The notes: generated from the sequence alone by a model not told the origin. Shown: positions 1 to 12,600, numbered from the stretch's first letter. The stretch: DNA of 64,000 bases from a virus (IMGVR_UViG_3300032007_001727); one strand, 5' to 3'. Made by a program: numbers and translations.

Positions 1-263
1 TCGATTGGCTTAGACAACAGAGATTGGATTTCTATCTTCCGGAATATAACGTAGGGATTGAATGTCAAGGTATACAGCATTTTGAACCGGTCGCCTATTT
101 CGGCGGAAATGACGGATTTGAATACCGTAAGGCAAATGATGAAAAGAAACTGAGACTCTGCACGGAAAACAATGTGAGACTTCTATATTACTCAGACTAT
201 GACTGTCCGACAGTCTACACTGACACGAATAAACTGATAAACGATATAAAAAATGGCTTCTAA
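1..263 (+). CDS. C-terminal part of a zinc-ribbon/DUF559-Vsr-like homing endonuclease (5' truncated by window edge)
   Basis: LDFYLPEYNVGIECQGIQHF...LLYYS matches the C-terminal PD-(D/E)XK domain of the paralogues at 34752 and 51693; reading frame is open from the window start. Confidence 0.7.
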   Translation, partial: DWLRQQRLDFYLPEYNVGIECQGIQHFEPVAYFGGNDGFEYRKANDEKKLRLCTENNVRLLYYSDYDCPTVYTDTNKLINDIKNGF

Positions 264-2277
264 GAAAATAAACTATCTTTCACGTGACTTTGACACGATA
301 AAGGATGAATTAATTAAATTCTCAAATAAGTATTATCCGGAGTTGTCGGATAGTTTTAATGACTCAAGCGTTGGTGCTTGGTTCATTGACCTCGTTGCTG
401 CAATTGGAGATGATTTAAGTTATCATACGGACAGGACCTACCAAGAAACTAATATTGATAGTGCTAATCTGAGGAGTAGTGTATTAAATCAAGCGAGGGC
501 AAACGGTCTTAAGATACCTAGCAAGAAGGCATCTATTTGTGAAATTGAACTTAGTTGCGTACTTCCGACTGATAGTGAGAACATAAGTCTCCCGAATTGG
601 AATTATGCACCGATAGTCCAAAGCACTAGCGTAGTTTCTGCCGGTGAGTATAACTTTCAGTTGACTGAGGATGTGAATTTCGCAGAGCAGTTCAATTCTG
701 AAGGGTTCTCGAACCGCAAAATGATACCGGCAAGGGACGGTAATGGAAACATTACCGGATATACCGTATCAAAGTCAACGATTGCAGTAAACGGCGTTAC
801 GAAAGTCTACAAGAAAGTCATCTATCAAAATGACTTGAGACCGTTCATGGAGGTTGTACTTCCGGAACAAAACGTGATGAATGTTGAGTCGATTATATTC
901 AAGGAAACCTCTGATTTCAATGCAAATCCTAGTATCTATGAATATTATATTGACGAGGAACAATATATGATTAGCAGTGAAGCGGTTATGACGTACCATT
1001 ATTTCGAGTGTGACTCGTTAGCCGACCAATATAGGTTCGCAAGTGAAGCAAATATCGACAAGTATGTCATAAATGACATATATACACCACACTTGTATGA
1101 TGACTACTATGAGATTATCAAGGATGATAATGGTGAAATAAAGACCGCTAGGACTAGCCGTTACTATCGTGGAAAATGGAAGCCCCTTACACAGAAGTTT
1201 ATCACTGAGTTCACCGACAACGGCTATCTTAAGATAATATTCGGTGCTAGCAACGGATATGAGACACTACCATCCGGACAAACTACCTATGGTGACTATG
1301 TTTCGTCTAAGTTGGTAAACAATGACATGTTGGGTGTTTTGCCGAAGGAAGGATGGACGATGTATGTCCTCTACAGAGTCGGAGGAGGGGTTTCGACCAA
1401 CTTGGGTCCAAACTCCATCAACAAGATAACCTTGGCAAACATAGATTGGGGAGGAACGACCGGAAGCACTGACGGAAGCGTTAGGGGAAGTGTGGTCACT
1501 TCACTTAGGGTAACGAACCCGTCTACCGCCGTTGCGGGAAAGGACGAGCCGTCAACCGAGGAAATCAAGGCATTGATGAAATACAACACCAATTCACAGA
1601 ACAGAGCCGTTACCGTTAACGACTATAGGGTGAAACTTATGCAGATGCCGCCAAAGTACGGCGCACCGTTCAGAAATACCGTAATTGAGGCAAACAATAA
1701 GATTGAAATGGACTTTCTAGGCATAAATGCGGTTGGTCAGTTGGATTCTGCGCTTCCGCAGACGCTCGTTGAGAACGTCATTGAGTATATGTCCAAATAT
1801 AAGCAACTGAATGATTACATTGAAATAAGGAGTGGAAGAATCTATAATATAGGGGTTCTCATTGAGATTTTCATCAGTAAGAACTATAACATTGCAAATG
1901 TTATCTCTAGCGTCATTGAAAGAGTCAAGGACTATTTTGACGTTTCGAAGCATGAAATGGGTGATGACATCTTCGTTGGTGACTTGGAGAAGGAGATAAC
2001 CTTGTTGGACGGTGTAGTTAGCCTCATTAACCTAAGAATATTTAAGATTTGGAACGGTGAATACAGTGTTGACGTGTGTCCGTTGCCTACATTGTCACTA
2101 GGTGACGGGTGCTCGACTAGACCTAGTGAGGTGTTTATTACACCGGGTGACGGTGATTCGAATTCTGAGGAAATTGACTTGCTTGCGTGTGACAAGGTAC
2201 TTAGGTCGGACTACAATAGCATGTTTGAGGTGAAAAATCCTAACGTGGATATTCAGTGTCACATTAAGACCGTTTAA
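253..2277 (+). CDS. Baseplate wedge subunit (T4 gp6-like)
   Basis: N-terminal INYLSRDFDTIKDELI...DLVAAIGDDLSYHTD...ETNIDSA, central LKIIFG...YRVGGG, and AGKDEPSTEEIK...QNRAVTVNDY are typical gp6/baseplate-J motifs. Confidence 0.85.
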   Translation: MASKKINYLSRDFDTIKDELIKFSNKYYPELSDSFNDSSVGAWFIDLVAAIGDDLSYHTDRTYQETNIDSANLRSSVLNQARANGLKIPSKKASICEIELSCVLPTDSENISLPNWNYAPIVQSTSVVSAGEYNFQLTEDVNFAEQFNSEGFSNRKMIPARDGNGNITGYTVSKSTIAVNGVTKVYKKVIYQNDLRPFMEVVLPEQNVMNVESIIFKETSDFNANPSIYEYYIDEEQYMISSEAVMTYHYFECDSLADQYRFASEANIDKYVINDIYTPHLYDDYYEIIKDDNGEIKTARTSRYYRGKWKPLTQKFITEFTDNGYLKIIFGASNGYETLPSGQTTYGDYVSSKLVNNDMLGVLPKEGWTMYVLYRVGGGVSTNLGPNSINKITLANIDWGGTTGSTDGSVRGSVVTSLRVTNPSTAVAGKDEPSTEEIKALMKYNTNSQNRAVTVNDYRVKLMQMPPKYGAPFRNTVIEANNKIEMDFLGINAVGQLDSALPQTLVENVIEYMSKYKQLNDYIEIRSGRIYNIGVLIEIFISKNYNIANVISSVIERVKDYFDVSKHEMGDDIFVGDLEKEITLLDGVVSLINLRIFKIWNGEYSVDVCPLPTLSLGDGCSTRPSEVFITPGDGDSNSEEIDLLACDKVLRSDYNSMFEVKNPNVDIQCHIKTV

Positions 2278-2304
2278 ACCTAAAGTTAAAAAATGTTTTT
2301 TTGA

Positions 2305-2556
2305 ATGAGTTGCGATTGTAAGAAGAAAATGATTTTGGAGGATAAATACGGTGAAAAGGTTGATGAGACCGTATTTGACAAGACATTAAGGTTCTGTTGG
2401 TCATTGATGATGTTTTCGATTGCTATTCTGCTTGCAGTAGTGATTGTGCCGGTAATGGTTGTCATCATAATATATAAACTAGCCTTCAAGGATGATACAA
2501 ACATAATTTTACCCAATTTTCTAGGGAAATATCTTAAGGATTCAAATAATGGATAA
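2305..2556 (+). CDS. Small membrane protein with MSCDCKKK N-terminus
   Basis: One long hydrophobic segment; overlaps the start of the next gene. Confidence 0.6.
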   Translation: MSCDCKKKMILEDKYGEKVDETVFDKTLRFCWSLMMFSIAILLAVVIVPVMVVIIIYKLAFKDDTNIILPNFLGKYLKDSNNG

Positions 2557-5500
2557 AAGTTTTAGAGTACATACAAATATATCAAGCGATACCGTCTTGA
2601 ATGTGAACATGAAGCAAGACTTTGACTTCTTGGAGGTCTTGTCATTGAAATTGCGCCAAAAGGATGCATACAGACTGCATTCGTCCAATTATGGCGTAAT
2701 AGTGGGAAGGGTGTTGGCAAACGAGGCATTCGGAATTCCGAACGCAAAGGTGTCCGTGTTCATAGAGAAAGAGTCCGATGATACTACGGATATGGAGTCA
2801 ATTTATCCTTATTATGAGGTAACGTCGAAGGACAAGGAGGGTCGCAGATATAACCTACTTCCGGATGAGAGTGATGATAAGTGCTATAAGGTTGTAGGAA
2901 CATTCCCGAGCAAAAGATTGGTGTTGGATGACAACGTCCAACTTGAAATATATGATAAGTATTGGAAATACACGACAGTCACCAATAATTCCGGTGACTA
3001 TATGTTGTATGGGGTTCCTACCGGTACCTTGACAATCCATGTTGACTTGGACTTGTCCGACATAGGCGTATTGTCACAGAAACCGCGAGACTTTGAATAT
3101 AAGGGCTATAACATAACAATGTTTGACAGCCCGAACCAATTCAAGGACGGGACCAATTTGGACGGATTGGCACAGTTATTTGCACAGAATAAGAGTGTGT
3201 ATGTATACCCGTTTTGGGGTGATTCCGATAACGGGACCGCTGCAATAACACGTTCAGATATTGAAATCCAATATAAGTTCGAGCCAACTTGCGTGTTTAT
3301 GGGTTCGATTGTATCAGACAACGAGGGCCATGCAATAGGACACAAGTGTTCCCCGGATATCGAGAACGGTATCAACTCACAGTTAATAGGCGGTAACGGA
3401 ACCATTGAAATGATTCGTAAGACCACGGACGGACTTGTAGAGGAATTTCAGATACAAGGAAATCAACTTATCGATGAAAACGGTGTTTGGTGCTATCAGA
3501 TACCGATGAACTTGGATTATATCGGCACGGATGAATATGGCAATATCGTACCTACGGATAACCCGTCAAAGGGTATTCCTACTAGGACTCAAGTTAGGTT
3601 CAGAATAAGCAAGACCGAGACCAATTCTGAGGGGTTCTCTAGACATACCGCAAAGTACTTGGTTCCAATGAACCCTATGTTCAGTGAAGACAGCAATCAA
3701 CCAAAAATCGATTATAACGGCTCTGAAATCGAGAAGATGTACTCTTTCGGTTCATCCACTCCGCTTAGTTGTTTTAGGGACTTGTATTGGAATAATGTGT
3801 ATAGTGTGAAAAACTATATACCGAAGACACAAGTTGCACACCGTGCATATGCCAAGAACTATTGTGCATTGAAGGGTTCAAACTTGGCTGATGACCAAAA
3901 TCCGATACCCTTTAACAAGTTGAATATAAACTTGCCATTCCTCTATATGGTGGTATGTATCATTTACCGTATAATGGTGAAGGTTGTGAAAATGATAAAC
4001 AAGATTATATCCTTCTTGTATTGGTTGGTGTATAAGTGTTGCATAAAGATTTTCAGATGGAAGATATGTCCCTTCAGACCGCTGAGACACTTGTTGGGTG
4101 ACTTGTCTTGTATTACAATGTCAGCCGGTGGTGATGAGGGAAACATCGCCTATTACCCCGGGTGTTCAAAGTCGGCGATGAACGATTCTTCGTGTCCGGA
4201 CGATATGTTGGGAAGTTGCAGAAAGAGCAATGATGACAAGAAACTAATGGATGCCATACAAAGAAATCTTGCATTGGAATTCAAGATTGTAAGATTGGAC
4301 TTGTATCAAGATTGGATTAACGGGTGTCTCTATATGCCTCTATGGTATTGGAAGAAGCGGAAAAAGAGAAAATTCCTAGGTATTACGATAATGAGAGCAA
4401 AAAATCAGTTTTGCTCCGATGAGTCTTTCTACTCTAGGCTTAAGAGTATTGTGACTTGCAATATTGGGTATACCGATACTAATTTGTCGGTTAGTAACAA
4501 TAAGAGCAGTATGCCGGACAGTGAGAAGAGGTGGCACAAGAACAAGAGCGGTAGCGTGAGGTATTATAGGGGCCTAATCAAGCCGGTTGAAAATAATGAC
4601 GGGCTTACCGTATATTACTATAGTGCATTACAAGCAACCACTGATAATGATAACCCGAAACTTGAAATGGTTAGAAGACCGAAGAACTTCAATGCCGTTC
4701 GTCTTTTTGCAACTGACATTATATTATTGGGTAACTTGGACCCACATAACATATACGGCATACCGCAATTCTTTGAATGCTTGCCGTCAACGACGGCTAA
4801 TGTTCCGCCTATTGCCACCATAGAAGAGGATACTAGCGACGGTGAAAATTCATCAAATAATAGCAATGAGGGATTAAACGGAAATGATGAGGATAGCGGA
4901 ACAACCGTTACCACCGGTATGGATTGGAACCATGACGGTGAGAAGCAGAGTCCGAAACTGAAGACCGGTCTTTTCATGGATTTGGAATGTACATATGCCA
5001 ATACTAGGCCAAAGTCTTGCATTAATGTTGAGAGGATGAGTGAACTTGGTGTGTCGTTGGATACCACACATAGGGTTGCATACTCCTCAAATGGTGAATT
5101 GAAGTATGGAGATATTGAAAACGACGGCTTCATAAGCAAGTATGAACTTGATGATATGGAAAACCGGTCAATGTTTGCAACAATGAACCATATCGGATTC
5201 ATACCACAAGAATATCAAGACATGCATGACGGATATGAGACCCAAGTCCGTGACGAGAGGACAAACTACCTCATACCGAAATTCAAATACATATATCCGG
5301 TGGACTTTGACGGAAGGTTGCAGTTGCCAATGTCAATGTATAGGAACGGGTTCCAACAGTCAATGTTTGACGAGAGGGACCAATCCTATGTTACATTTAG
5401 GCTAGGTGCTGAGGAAAATAATGATAAAATTAGAAATAATGAGAATAGGATAAGACATTTCTATATCCAACGCGACGGTGTATATTCAATGCCGTTATAT

Positions 5501-8500
5501 AATAACTCATATTACTTCTATTTCGGAATAAAGAAAGGAAGCACGGCAATTGATAAGTTTAACAGTATGTTCTATGCACAATGCTTCAAGAAGACTAAAC
5601 TACCGTTCATGATGGACTTGGACTATCGTGGGAGGTCATACTGTACTAGTGCATACACTAACGATTTAAGGGACGATTATGCCTATGCATACATTAAGTT
5701 CTCGTCTGATAATATAAAGGCACCCTATAGTTATTGGTTATATGACTCCAAGGGAAAACTCATAATAGGTGAGGATGATATGGAGGCCGATACATTTGTC
5801 ATTGGTGGCTATATAGATGACTATGGAGAAGTTAAGTCGAATGAGTACGGAAAGATATGCTATCAGTCGGATAGCACCAAATGTCTTACAACGGAAGACG
5901 GTAGTGGTTTCATCTATCTTAAGAATCAAGAATATACTCTAGAGATTACCGATACAAACGGGAAGACAATAAGTCAGAATGTCAAGTTGGATACGCCGCA
6001 TATAACCGGCGAATACTCTAGCCGTAGTCTTGGGACGAAATTCTATAATACCGAAACAACTAAAAAGGATTATATATGCAATGACGAGACTGCATTTTAT
6101 GGTGAAATCCACATGACAAGTTTCACTGTGGACGGATATGAGTGTACCATAACGTCTGCGGAGGCTATAAGTAGTGGTAACATCATTAAATTGAGACTGA
6201 CCGGAAGTTCTCCTTATATCAACCCTAATGTTGGTGGAATAACTGCAAATAGTGAGATTATATTAGAGTTGAGGGCGATTGACTTGGAGGAAGGCGAATC
6301 GACGGAGAGTTGCATGTGCGGTGGCGGTACGCCAACACCGCAATGGAGGCTTATTACCGGTGATGACTATACTGAATTGGTATTTTATGTATATAAACCA
6401 AAGACATATGTGATGAGGATGATTCAAACTTGCAATGGTCAAGATGTCAATTCTAGTGAAGAAATTATTAAGATTGATAACGGAGAACCCTTTATGACAT
6501 ATCTTAATAGGATGCCGGTTAAATTCATGTTGGGCACATCCACGGATGATAGTGGTGCCTCCATAGCAAATACTAGCGAGTTCTATAGGTCTGACCATGT
6601 ACCGACCGCCACCGGTAACGGCATTACCGGTTGGTATGGTGTTCATACAGAAGACACTTATAGGTTTGATGGGACCTTTATCTCAAATCAGAGTCTGTGG
6701 GAGGATGTATTGAACGGAACGACTGACTCAATAGCAAGCCCGACGGTAAAGCAAGCAATTCTAGTATTTAAGTTTAATTCAATGTTCTCCTTGTCGGAAG
6801 GTGTGTATGTTACAGAGGATTCGTCTAAGAGACTTGAAATGACATCTGAGGGCGGTGTCAGCCCGATATTGTATAGGACGGTTGCTCCGACATACGATAA
6901 TGACAGTACGATTCGGACCCAATATAGGTTCTCTGAAGAGAGTGATGTATATTGTAGTGACTATCAGTCCAATGTAGTTGGTGACAACTATTGCCCGAAT
7001 ACTGCATATAATCCGGGTGTTGCCAACGGTCCGGTGTTCAATAATAGAATTTATGACAACACTGATAAGTTAGGTAATTATTTCGGTGCATTCACTAGGG
7101 ACGGGTCATACATTTCAAAAAATAAAATCGACGGTATAAACATAGGCATAGAAAGGAGTCCATCATTTGCCTCAATAAGTCCATACAGAGAAAACGGGGT
7201 GCTTAAGATAATGGGTAAGGATGTAACAATGGCTGTTACCGGTCTTAGCCGCGTCTATGATAAGGGAACCGGGGCAAATCAGCAGACACTTCCGGGCGAT
7301 AAGAAAAGGACAACACAGCCGTATCTTAGGGGTTTGTTTGTTGATAGAAGGTTGGATTATGACTTCATTATATTTGCACCGGCAATGGGAAGCAATTTCA
7401 GTCTGTACAGTGGTATAAAGGCTGTCGAACGTGATAGGGTTTGGCGTAGCGGGCGAATCAGTGGTTGGACCATGAACGGAATTGAAATGTCATATGATGA
7501 AAATGATGAATATAATATCATTTCATCAAGTGTTGCTTCCACCACGGTAGATGATGAGACCTATTACCCAAGTGCGATATATAACACAAGATTGGAATAC
7601 ACATTCAAGTATAATTCAAATCACAGATGTTTGAATTGTAATTATCAAGGTTTGGGTTTAGACCCTAGACAGCCATGTCCAAATTGTGGTGGTGAAGTGA
7701 TACCATATCAAGGTGAATTTGGTTCCCAGCGCTCCATAACTGATAATAATATAACAATGTACAGTGATGTTTATAGCCACACTATGGATGGTGACGGGCC
7801 TTATGACGATGCTAAAACACGATATAATAACAGTAGCGGTGATGGTGTTTGGAATGTTGGTACATTAGGTTATATCCCCGGATATGATTTAGATTACATG
7901 CCACTAGTTAAGCGTTTCTACAGTTCTGAATTCTGTGGAATTGATTTAAGAAACTTCTATTGGTCAGACGGAAACAGAAGCAGACTTGGACATTATTGTG
8001 CAGTCCAACAGACACGTACTTTGTCAATGTTTGATTTAAAGAAACCATTCTATGTTTATTGTTACCCTGCGAATCCTAGTTATGGTAACGGTGATTTTGA
8101 CAAGGACAACTATCCAACTGAAAGATTTATAGACATAGGTAATCTTCCTCCATTGACAATGTATCACTATGAAACCGAAAGTTGCAGTTATGGTATGCAA
8201 GCGTATCCGCAAGATGACGGAACAATTGTGGCACAGACAAATGAGGGTGAGAAGGTTGAATTTGACTTGAATTGGATTAATCCGGTAACAATGGTTCCGC
8301 CAAATGCTGATTCCACCGACTATGTTAATATAGAGTATGGTGCATTGTCAAGTGGTTTAAATGATGAATTGATATTTACGGCGGAAGCGGGAAATATCTC
8401 TTTTAAACTTAATTCATATACTTGTGAGGGTTTTGAGGTATATACAACAGCACCTAGGCTAATACAAGTATTGCCATATATTCAAGGTACTAATCTTGAT

Positions 8501-9604
8501 GGTATTAGTTTTGTTAAAACATACACTAAGACCGGAGAGATTGGCCTTAGTGGAATAGAAAATTTGGATATGGCAATTGACCTTGTAACATTGGATGGGT
8601 GTGTATTAAGTTTTCCGTTAAATAATAAATGGGCGAAAAAAATGCTAGGTCTAGAGCAGACAGTATTTTGCCCGGAAGGAGTTACCGTATGGAGTGGTTT
8701 GACATCAAGTAATGGCAAAACGGTACAAAGAATAAATGTTAAGGGCGGACCCTTAACCGAGGGTGCATTCTTTAAGAAGGATGATGAGTGGCTAACTTCG
8801 GACAATGAAGACTTCACGAATGTCCTTTTCATGAAAAACATTAATGCATTGACAAATGATGGTACTAGTGCTACGGCTTTTGCTGTATTGGTTGATAGAG
8901 AATATAAATCTGAGGATGATAATCACTTGATAAGACACTTGAGAACAATTGAGACCTCTGATATTTATGACTGTAGGAAACTGAGAATGAGAATGGCAAA
9001 TAATAGTGAGAGCGGTGGTCCTTATTCTTATGTTGTAATGAATATAAGCAATAAACATGAAGAAGAATTAATTACCGGAATAAGTGGCCAGACTGAGGAA
9101 GGCAGCACAGATGTAGATATCGAAACCACAAAGGAAACAAAGAATTTTGACACAAAGGTATTTACACAAGTGTTGACCTTTGAAATGCTGTTTGACACCC
9201 GACCATCGACAAACGTTCAAGACAGAGAGAACGGTACATTTGCCGATTATGACATGATGTCATATGTGTTTAGGTTTAAGTCAAAAAATGGTGAACAGTT
9301 CGATGTCAGTCCTACAGACGTTGAGTTTGACCTTAAAGGTGACGCAGATACCGGTAACCCAAATTCTAGTCTGAAACTTACGGTTATTTGGCCTTCGAAT
9401 ATGGGCATCATCATAGATGACCAATGGAGCGGAAGTAACATACCATGTGAATTGTTTGCAAGAACTCCAAGTAATTTCACATACAGATTAAGTAAATTCA
9501 AGATTCAACTTGAATCACAAGACCCGGATGGTGGAAGTACTCAAGATAAGAAGGATGCCATGGTAGAGAATGAAAAGTATAAAACAAACGTTAAATTGGT
9601 ATAA
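2549..9604 (+). CDS. Giant virion structural protein (baseplate/tail-associated) with N-terminal carboxypeptidase-regulatory/Ig-like beta-sandwich
   Basis: 2351 aa; YGVIVGRVLANEAFGIPNAKVSVFI...TTVTNNSGDYMLYGVPTG motif; lies directly after the wedge gene. Confidence 0.65.
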   Translation: MDKSFRVHTNISSDTVLNVNMKQDFDFLEVLSLKLRQKDAYRLHSSNYGVIVGRVLANEAFGIPNAKVSVFIEKESDDTTDMESIYPYYEVTSKDKEGRRYNLLPDESDDKCYKVVGTFPSKRLVLDDNVQLEIYDKYWKYTTVTNNSGDYMLYGVPTGTLTIHVDLDLSDIGVLSQKPRDFEYKGYNITMFDSPNQFKDGTNLDGLAQLFAQNKSVYVYPFWGDSDNGTAAITRSDIEIQYKFEPTCVFMGSIVSDNEGHAIGHKCSPDIENGINSQLIGGNGTIEMIRKTTDGLVEEFQIQGNQLIDENGVWCYQIPMNLDYIGTDEYGNIVPTDNPSKGIPTRTQVRFRISKTETNSEGFSRHTAKYLVPMNPMFSEDSNQPKIDYNGSEIEKMYSFGSSTPLSCFRDLYWNNVYSVKNYIPKTQVAHRAYAKNYCALKGSNLADDQNPIPFNKLNINLPFLYMVVCIIYRIMVKVVKMINKIISFLYWLVYKCCIKIFRWKICPFRPLRHLLGDLSCITMSAGGDEGNIAYYPGCSKSAMNDSSCPDDMLGSCRKSNDDKKLMDAIQRNLALEFKIVRLDLYQDWINGCLYMPLWYWKKRKKRKFLGITIMRAKNQFCSDESFYSRLKSIVTCNIGYTDTNLSVSNNKSSMPDSEKRWHKNKSGSVRYYRGLIKPVENNDGLTVYYYSALQATTDNDNPKLEMVRRPKNFNAVRLFATDIILLGNLDPHNIYGIPQFFECLPSTTANVPPIATIEEDTSDGENSSNNSNEGLNGNDEDSGTTVTTGMDWNHDGEKQSPKLKTGLFMDLECTYANTRPKSCINVERMSELGVSLDTTHRVAYSSNGELKYGDIENDGFISKYELDDMENRSMFATMNHIGFIPQEYQDMHDGYETQVRDERTNYLIPKFKYIYPVDFDGRLQLPMSMYRNGFQQSMFDERDQSYVTFRLGAEENNDKIRNNENRIRHFYIQRDGVYSMPLYNNSYYFYFGIKKGSTAIDKFNSMFYAQCFKKTKLPFMMDLDYRGRSYCTSAYTNDLRDDYAYAYIKFSSDNIKAPYSYWLYDSKGKLIIGEDDMEADTFVIGGYIDDYGEVKSNEYGKICYQSDSTKCLTTEDGSGFIYLKNQEYTLEITDTNGKTISQNVKLDTPHITGEYSSRSLGTKFYNTETTKKDYICNDETAFYGEIHMTSFTVDGYECTITSAEAISSGNIIKLRLTGSSPYINPNVGGITANSEIILELRAIDLEEGESTESCMCGGGTPTPQWRLITGDDYTELVFYVYKPKTYVMRMIQTCNGQDVNSSEEIIKIDNGEPFMTYLNRMPVKFMLGTSTDDSGASIANTSEFYRSDHVPTATGNGITGWYGVHTEDTYRFDGTFISNQSLWEDVLNGTTDSIASPTVKQAILVFKFNSMFSLSEGVYVTEDSSKRLEMTSEGGVSPILYRTVAPTYDNDSTIRTQYRFSEESDVYCSDYQSNVVGDNYCPNTAYNPGVANGPVFNNRIYDNTDKLGNYFGAFTRDGSYISKNKIDGINIGIERSPSFASISPYRENGVLKIMGKDVTMAVTGLSRVYDKGTGANQQTLPGDKKRTTQPYLRGLFVDRRLDYDFIIFAPAMGSNFSLYSGIKAVERDRVWRSGRISGWTMNGIEMSYDENDEYNIISSSVASTTVDDETYYPSAIYNTRLEYTFKYNSNHRCLNCNYQGLGLDPRQPCPNCGGEVIPYQGEFGSQRSITDNNITMYSDVYSHTMDGDGPYDDAKTRYNNSSGDGVWNVGTLGYIPGYDLDYMPLVKRFYSSEFCGIDLRNFYWSDGNRSRLGHYCAVQQTRTLSMFDLKKPFYVYCYPANPSYGNGDFDKDNYPTERFIDIGNLPPLTMYHYETESCSYGMQAYPQDDGTIVAQTNEGEKVEFDLNWINPVTMVPPNADSTDYVNIEYGALSSGLNDELIFTAEAGNISFKLNSYTCEGFEVYTTAPRLIQVLPYIQGTNLDGISFVKTYTKTGEIGLSGIENLDMAIDLVTLDGCVLSFPLNNKWAKKMLGLEQTVFCPEGVTVWSGLTSSNGKTVQRINVKGGPLTEGAFFKKDDEWLTSDNEDFTNVLFMKNINALTNDGTSATAFAVLVDREYKSEDDNHLIRHLRTIETSDIYDCRKLRMRMANNSESGGPYSYVVMNISNKHEEELITGISGQTEEGSTDVDIETTKETKNFDTKVFTQVLTFEMLFDTRPSTNVQDRENGTFADYDMMSYVFRFKSKNGEQFDVSPTDVEFDLKGDADTGNPNSSLKLTVIWPSNMGIIIDDQWSGSNIPCELFARTPSNFTYRLSKFKIQLESQDPDGGSTQDKKDAMVENEKYKTNVKLV

Positions 9605-9616
9605 TTTATTAAAAAT

Positions 9617-12600
9617 ATGGATACAAGATTATTTCTTAAAAAATACGAAAGCAAGACTTCATCAAATACAAGTGAAGGACTTAACGTACCTCTGAAGAGC
9701 AAGAAAAAACTCTTGCCCTCTGATGGTATAAGTGAGGTTATCAGCCAATATGACGTATATTCTGATGAAAGAAAAAATTGTAATATAATAAGGCTGACTT
9801 GCCAAGTTAACCCGGTGTGTTCCAACGTATTATTTAATGAAATAACTGAAATTGTCAAAAATGAAGGCAGCAGTGGTGTAACCTTCATTAACTATGGGTT
9901 TACAAATGATAACCCTAATAAAATATTTGATGGTGTAGTGTTTAAACCAAATAACACTATGGAGTTTTGGAGTGGTTCAACGATGAGGTATCAAGGTGAC
10001 GATGATTTATTGCCTAGCAGTGTATCCACCAAAATAGAGAGAATCACAAACAAGGATAAAGTAACCGGTAATACTACGCTAAGTGGTGATTCCACTGATT
10101 TCTCGCACCCCACGAACTCGATAAGGGACATGCAACTGTCAAACATAGGGTTTGTATATCATTGTGGCAAAGATATTCTTAATAATCACCTAATCAGAAG
10201 TACCACATTCAAGACGGTATGTAAACTATCTAGTGACTCACAAAAATATAATGACTATGATGCATTCAATACAATCGTTGACTTAATGCGTGATGTAAGT
10301 GGCATGAAGGTGATTGAAAAGGTACCATTTCCGGTATTGGCTGGTCTTTCCGGTAATGCAAAATTAGTGTCATTGCATTTATACGATAGTGACGATACTC
10401 TTTCGTTTTCGGCAAGTGTTGATACGAATTTAATTAAAAAGCATAATGGTTGGGTTGGGTTTTACAATAAATCTAAAATTAAATCATATCGTGTTTTCCC
10501 AAATTACCCGAATAATTCAATAGAAATGGGTGTCGACAAACCGCTGATGTATATGAGCGGTGGTGATTTCGTTGATATGTATCCGTCTAGGGACTTGTAT
10601 TCATTCATACCAAAATATAACGAGCATAGGCATAGGATTGAAAAGAATTGGAATTATTGCATAACATATCCTAGTTCCTCATACACACCTTCCTCTGAGG
10701 AAGAAGAGTTCTCTGACATCATAGAGACAAACAAGGGACTTGGCTCATTGAAGGCAATTTATTTTGATGAAAATACAAACGGTGATGACGGCCTTGATGA
10801 AATCGTGATATATGGAATATCCAAACATGGACTAGAGAGGGGTGACCATGTCAATGTCTATAAGACATATGACACTGACCAATTTTGGGTTGTTGATGAA
10901 TACAGTGTCAGAATATCTGAGATATTCACAAATGAAGATGACGCTCGAATTGAGTTTAATAGATTAAGCACTCTGACATCATCGACTCAATGTGACGGTA
11001 CGCCGTATCCTATTCCGGATAGAATCGTTGAAGTTAGTGGCGATACGATAAATGAAGAGATTCTACATGATGCCGAAGTAAAGGATGTTATTGATGGCTA
11101 TATCTTTACATTATTTAAGTCTTCCTTGCAGATAAGCAAGACTTGGATTGACACCAAAGATGAAGACAATTTACATGAACTAGGTTTTACAGTAAGTGAT
11201 GATGGGAAAACCATCACAAACAATAGCGGAAGAACTTATTATATAGTTAACGGAAAATATGCCAATATCGATGATACGGCACAGAGAATATCATATAAGA
11301 AAGTCTCAAATGATATTGAATGCAAGTATTACATAAGAATTTTTTCAAAATTACCAAACTTCAAGTTTTCAAGTGCAAACACCTTTAATGAATATGAATT
11401 ATATAAGGATAAACAAGAAGTAATTGAGGAATATAAGAAGAAGGAATATGATTTTGAGAGTCATGTGAGCAGGATGGCTTTTGCCAAGAACATCTATTCA
11501 GACGATATGGGTCAATTGATATTCACGGATAATATAGACATTTCCAACTTGCATGATAACTTAGGTAGGCCATTGTCTGACTTGTATCTCACATTCATTA
11601 AGAATAACAAGGGGTATAAGGAATGGTATGGATTTGATTATGACGAATGGAGTGAAAGTTGCATAACGGATGAGAATATAGAGTTTTCACATGCGTTTGG
11701 CAAGATAACTTGCGGGATAGAGACATCCTATGAATCTACTTGCAATAAGCAGATAAATTCCGTATTTACCATTTGCAACACAGACACTGGGCGTAAGCAA
11801 GGGTATTTGATGAGTTTGCTCAGAAACAAATTCGCTGAATCAGAAGAACAATATGAGGATGCGACATACATATCTTCAAGCGGTAATGTCATAAAAATAT
11901 CTCCGGATGAGGTTTGGTATGGTATTGACACAGATTTCTACGGTGATTTGTGCTGCTATAACCAATATGATGCAACTGAGAAACACATAGCATACATTAT
12001 GAACAGATTCAACACTGCTCAGAGGGAGTCATCATTATCAAAGTCTGATAAATATTTTAATAATTTCTATTATGATGAGATAATGATGGATGACTATGAC
12101 TCAAGTCCATATTCAGCATCGTGCAATCCATATTACGAAAGTGGTGAAACAGCATCCAACAATAAGTCAGAAGGATATTACTACAATCCTCATTATCAGA
12201 TAAGAATCAAGACATTCGGCAAACTTAATTCAATGTCACCGCAGTTCTTGAACTTAAGACAAATAGTTAAGGTTGATGGTCTTGAATATACATATTCCAT
12301 CACAACACAACAGCCACATTATCTGACATTAGGTGATAGGGCCGTATTATATGATATGGTGTCTGAAAGATATTATACTCTTACCGCCATTGACAATGAA
12401 AGAAATTCAAATAAGGTGTTTACATGCATTGTCACGGACTATGACACGGGTAAGAATGTCGATATAATGTCTGCAAATGGGGTGCCATTCTCGTCTGCAA
12501 CCACAAATTTATATACAAGTGCCCAAAATCTGCAAATGTTTAAGTTGTTTAAGATGGACAATTTGGGTTGCCCTAAATACGCAACAATTCTAAAAGACGG

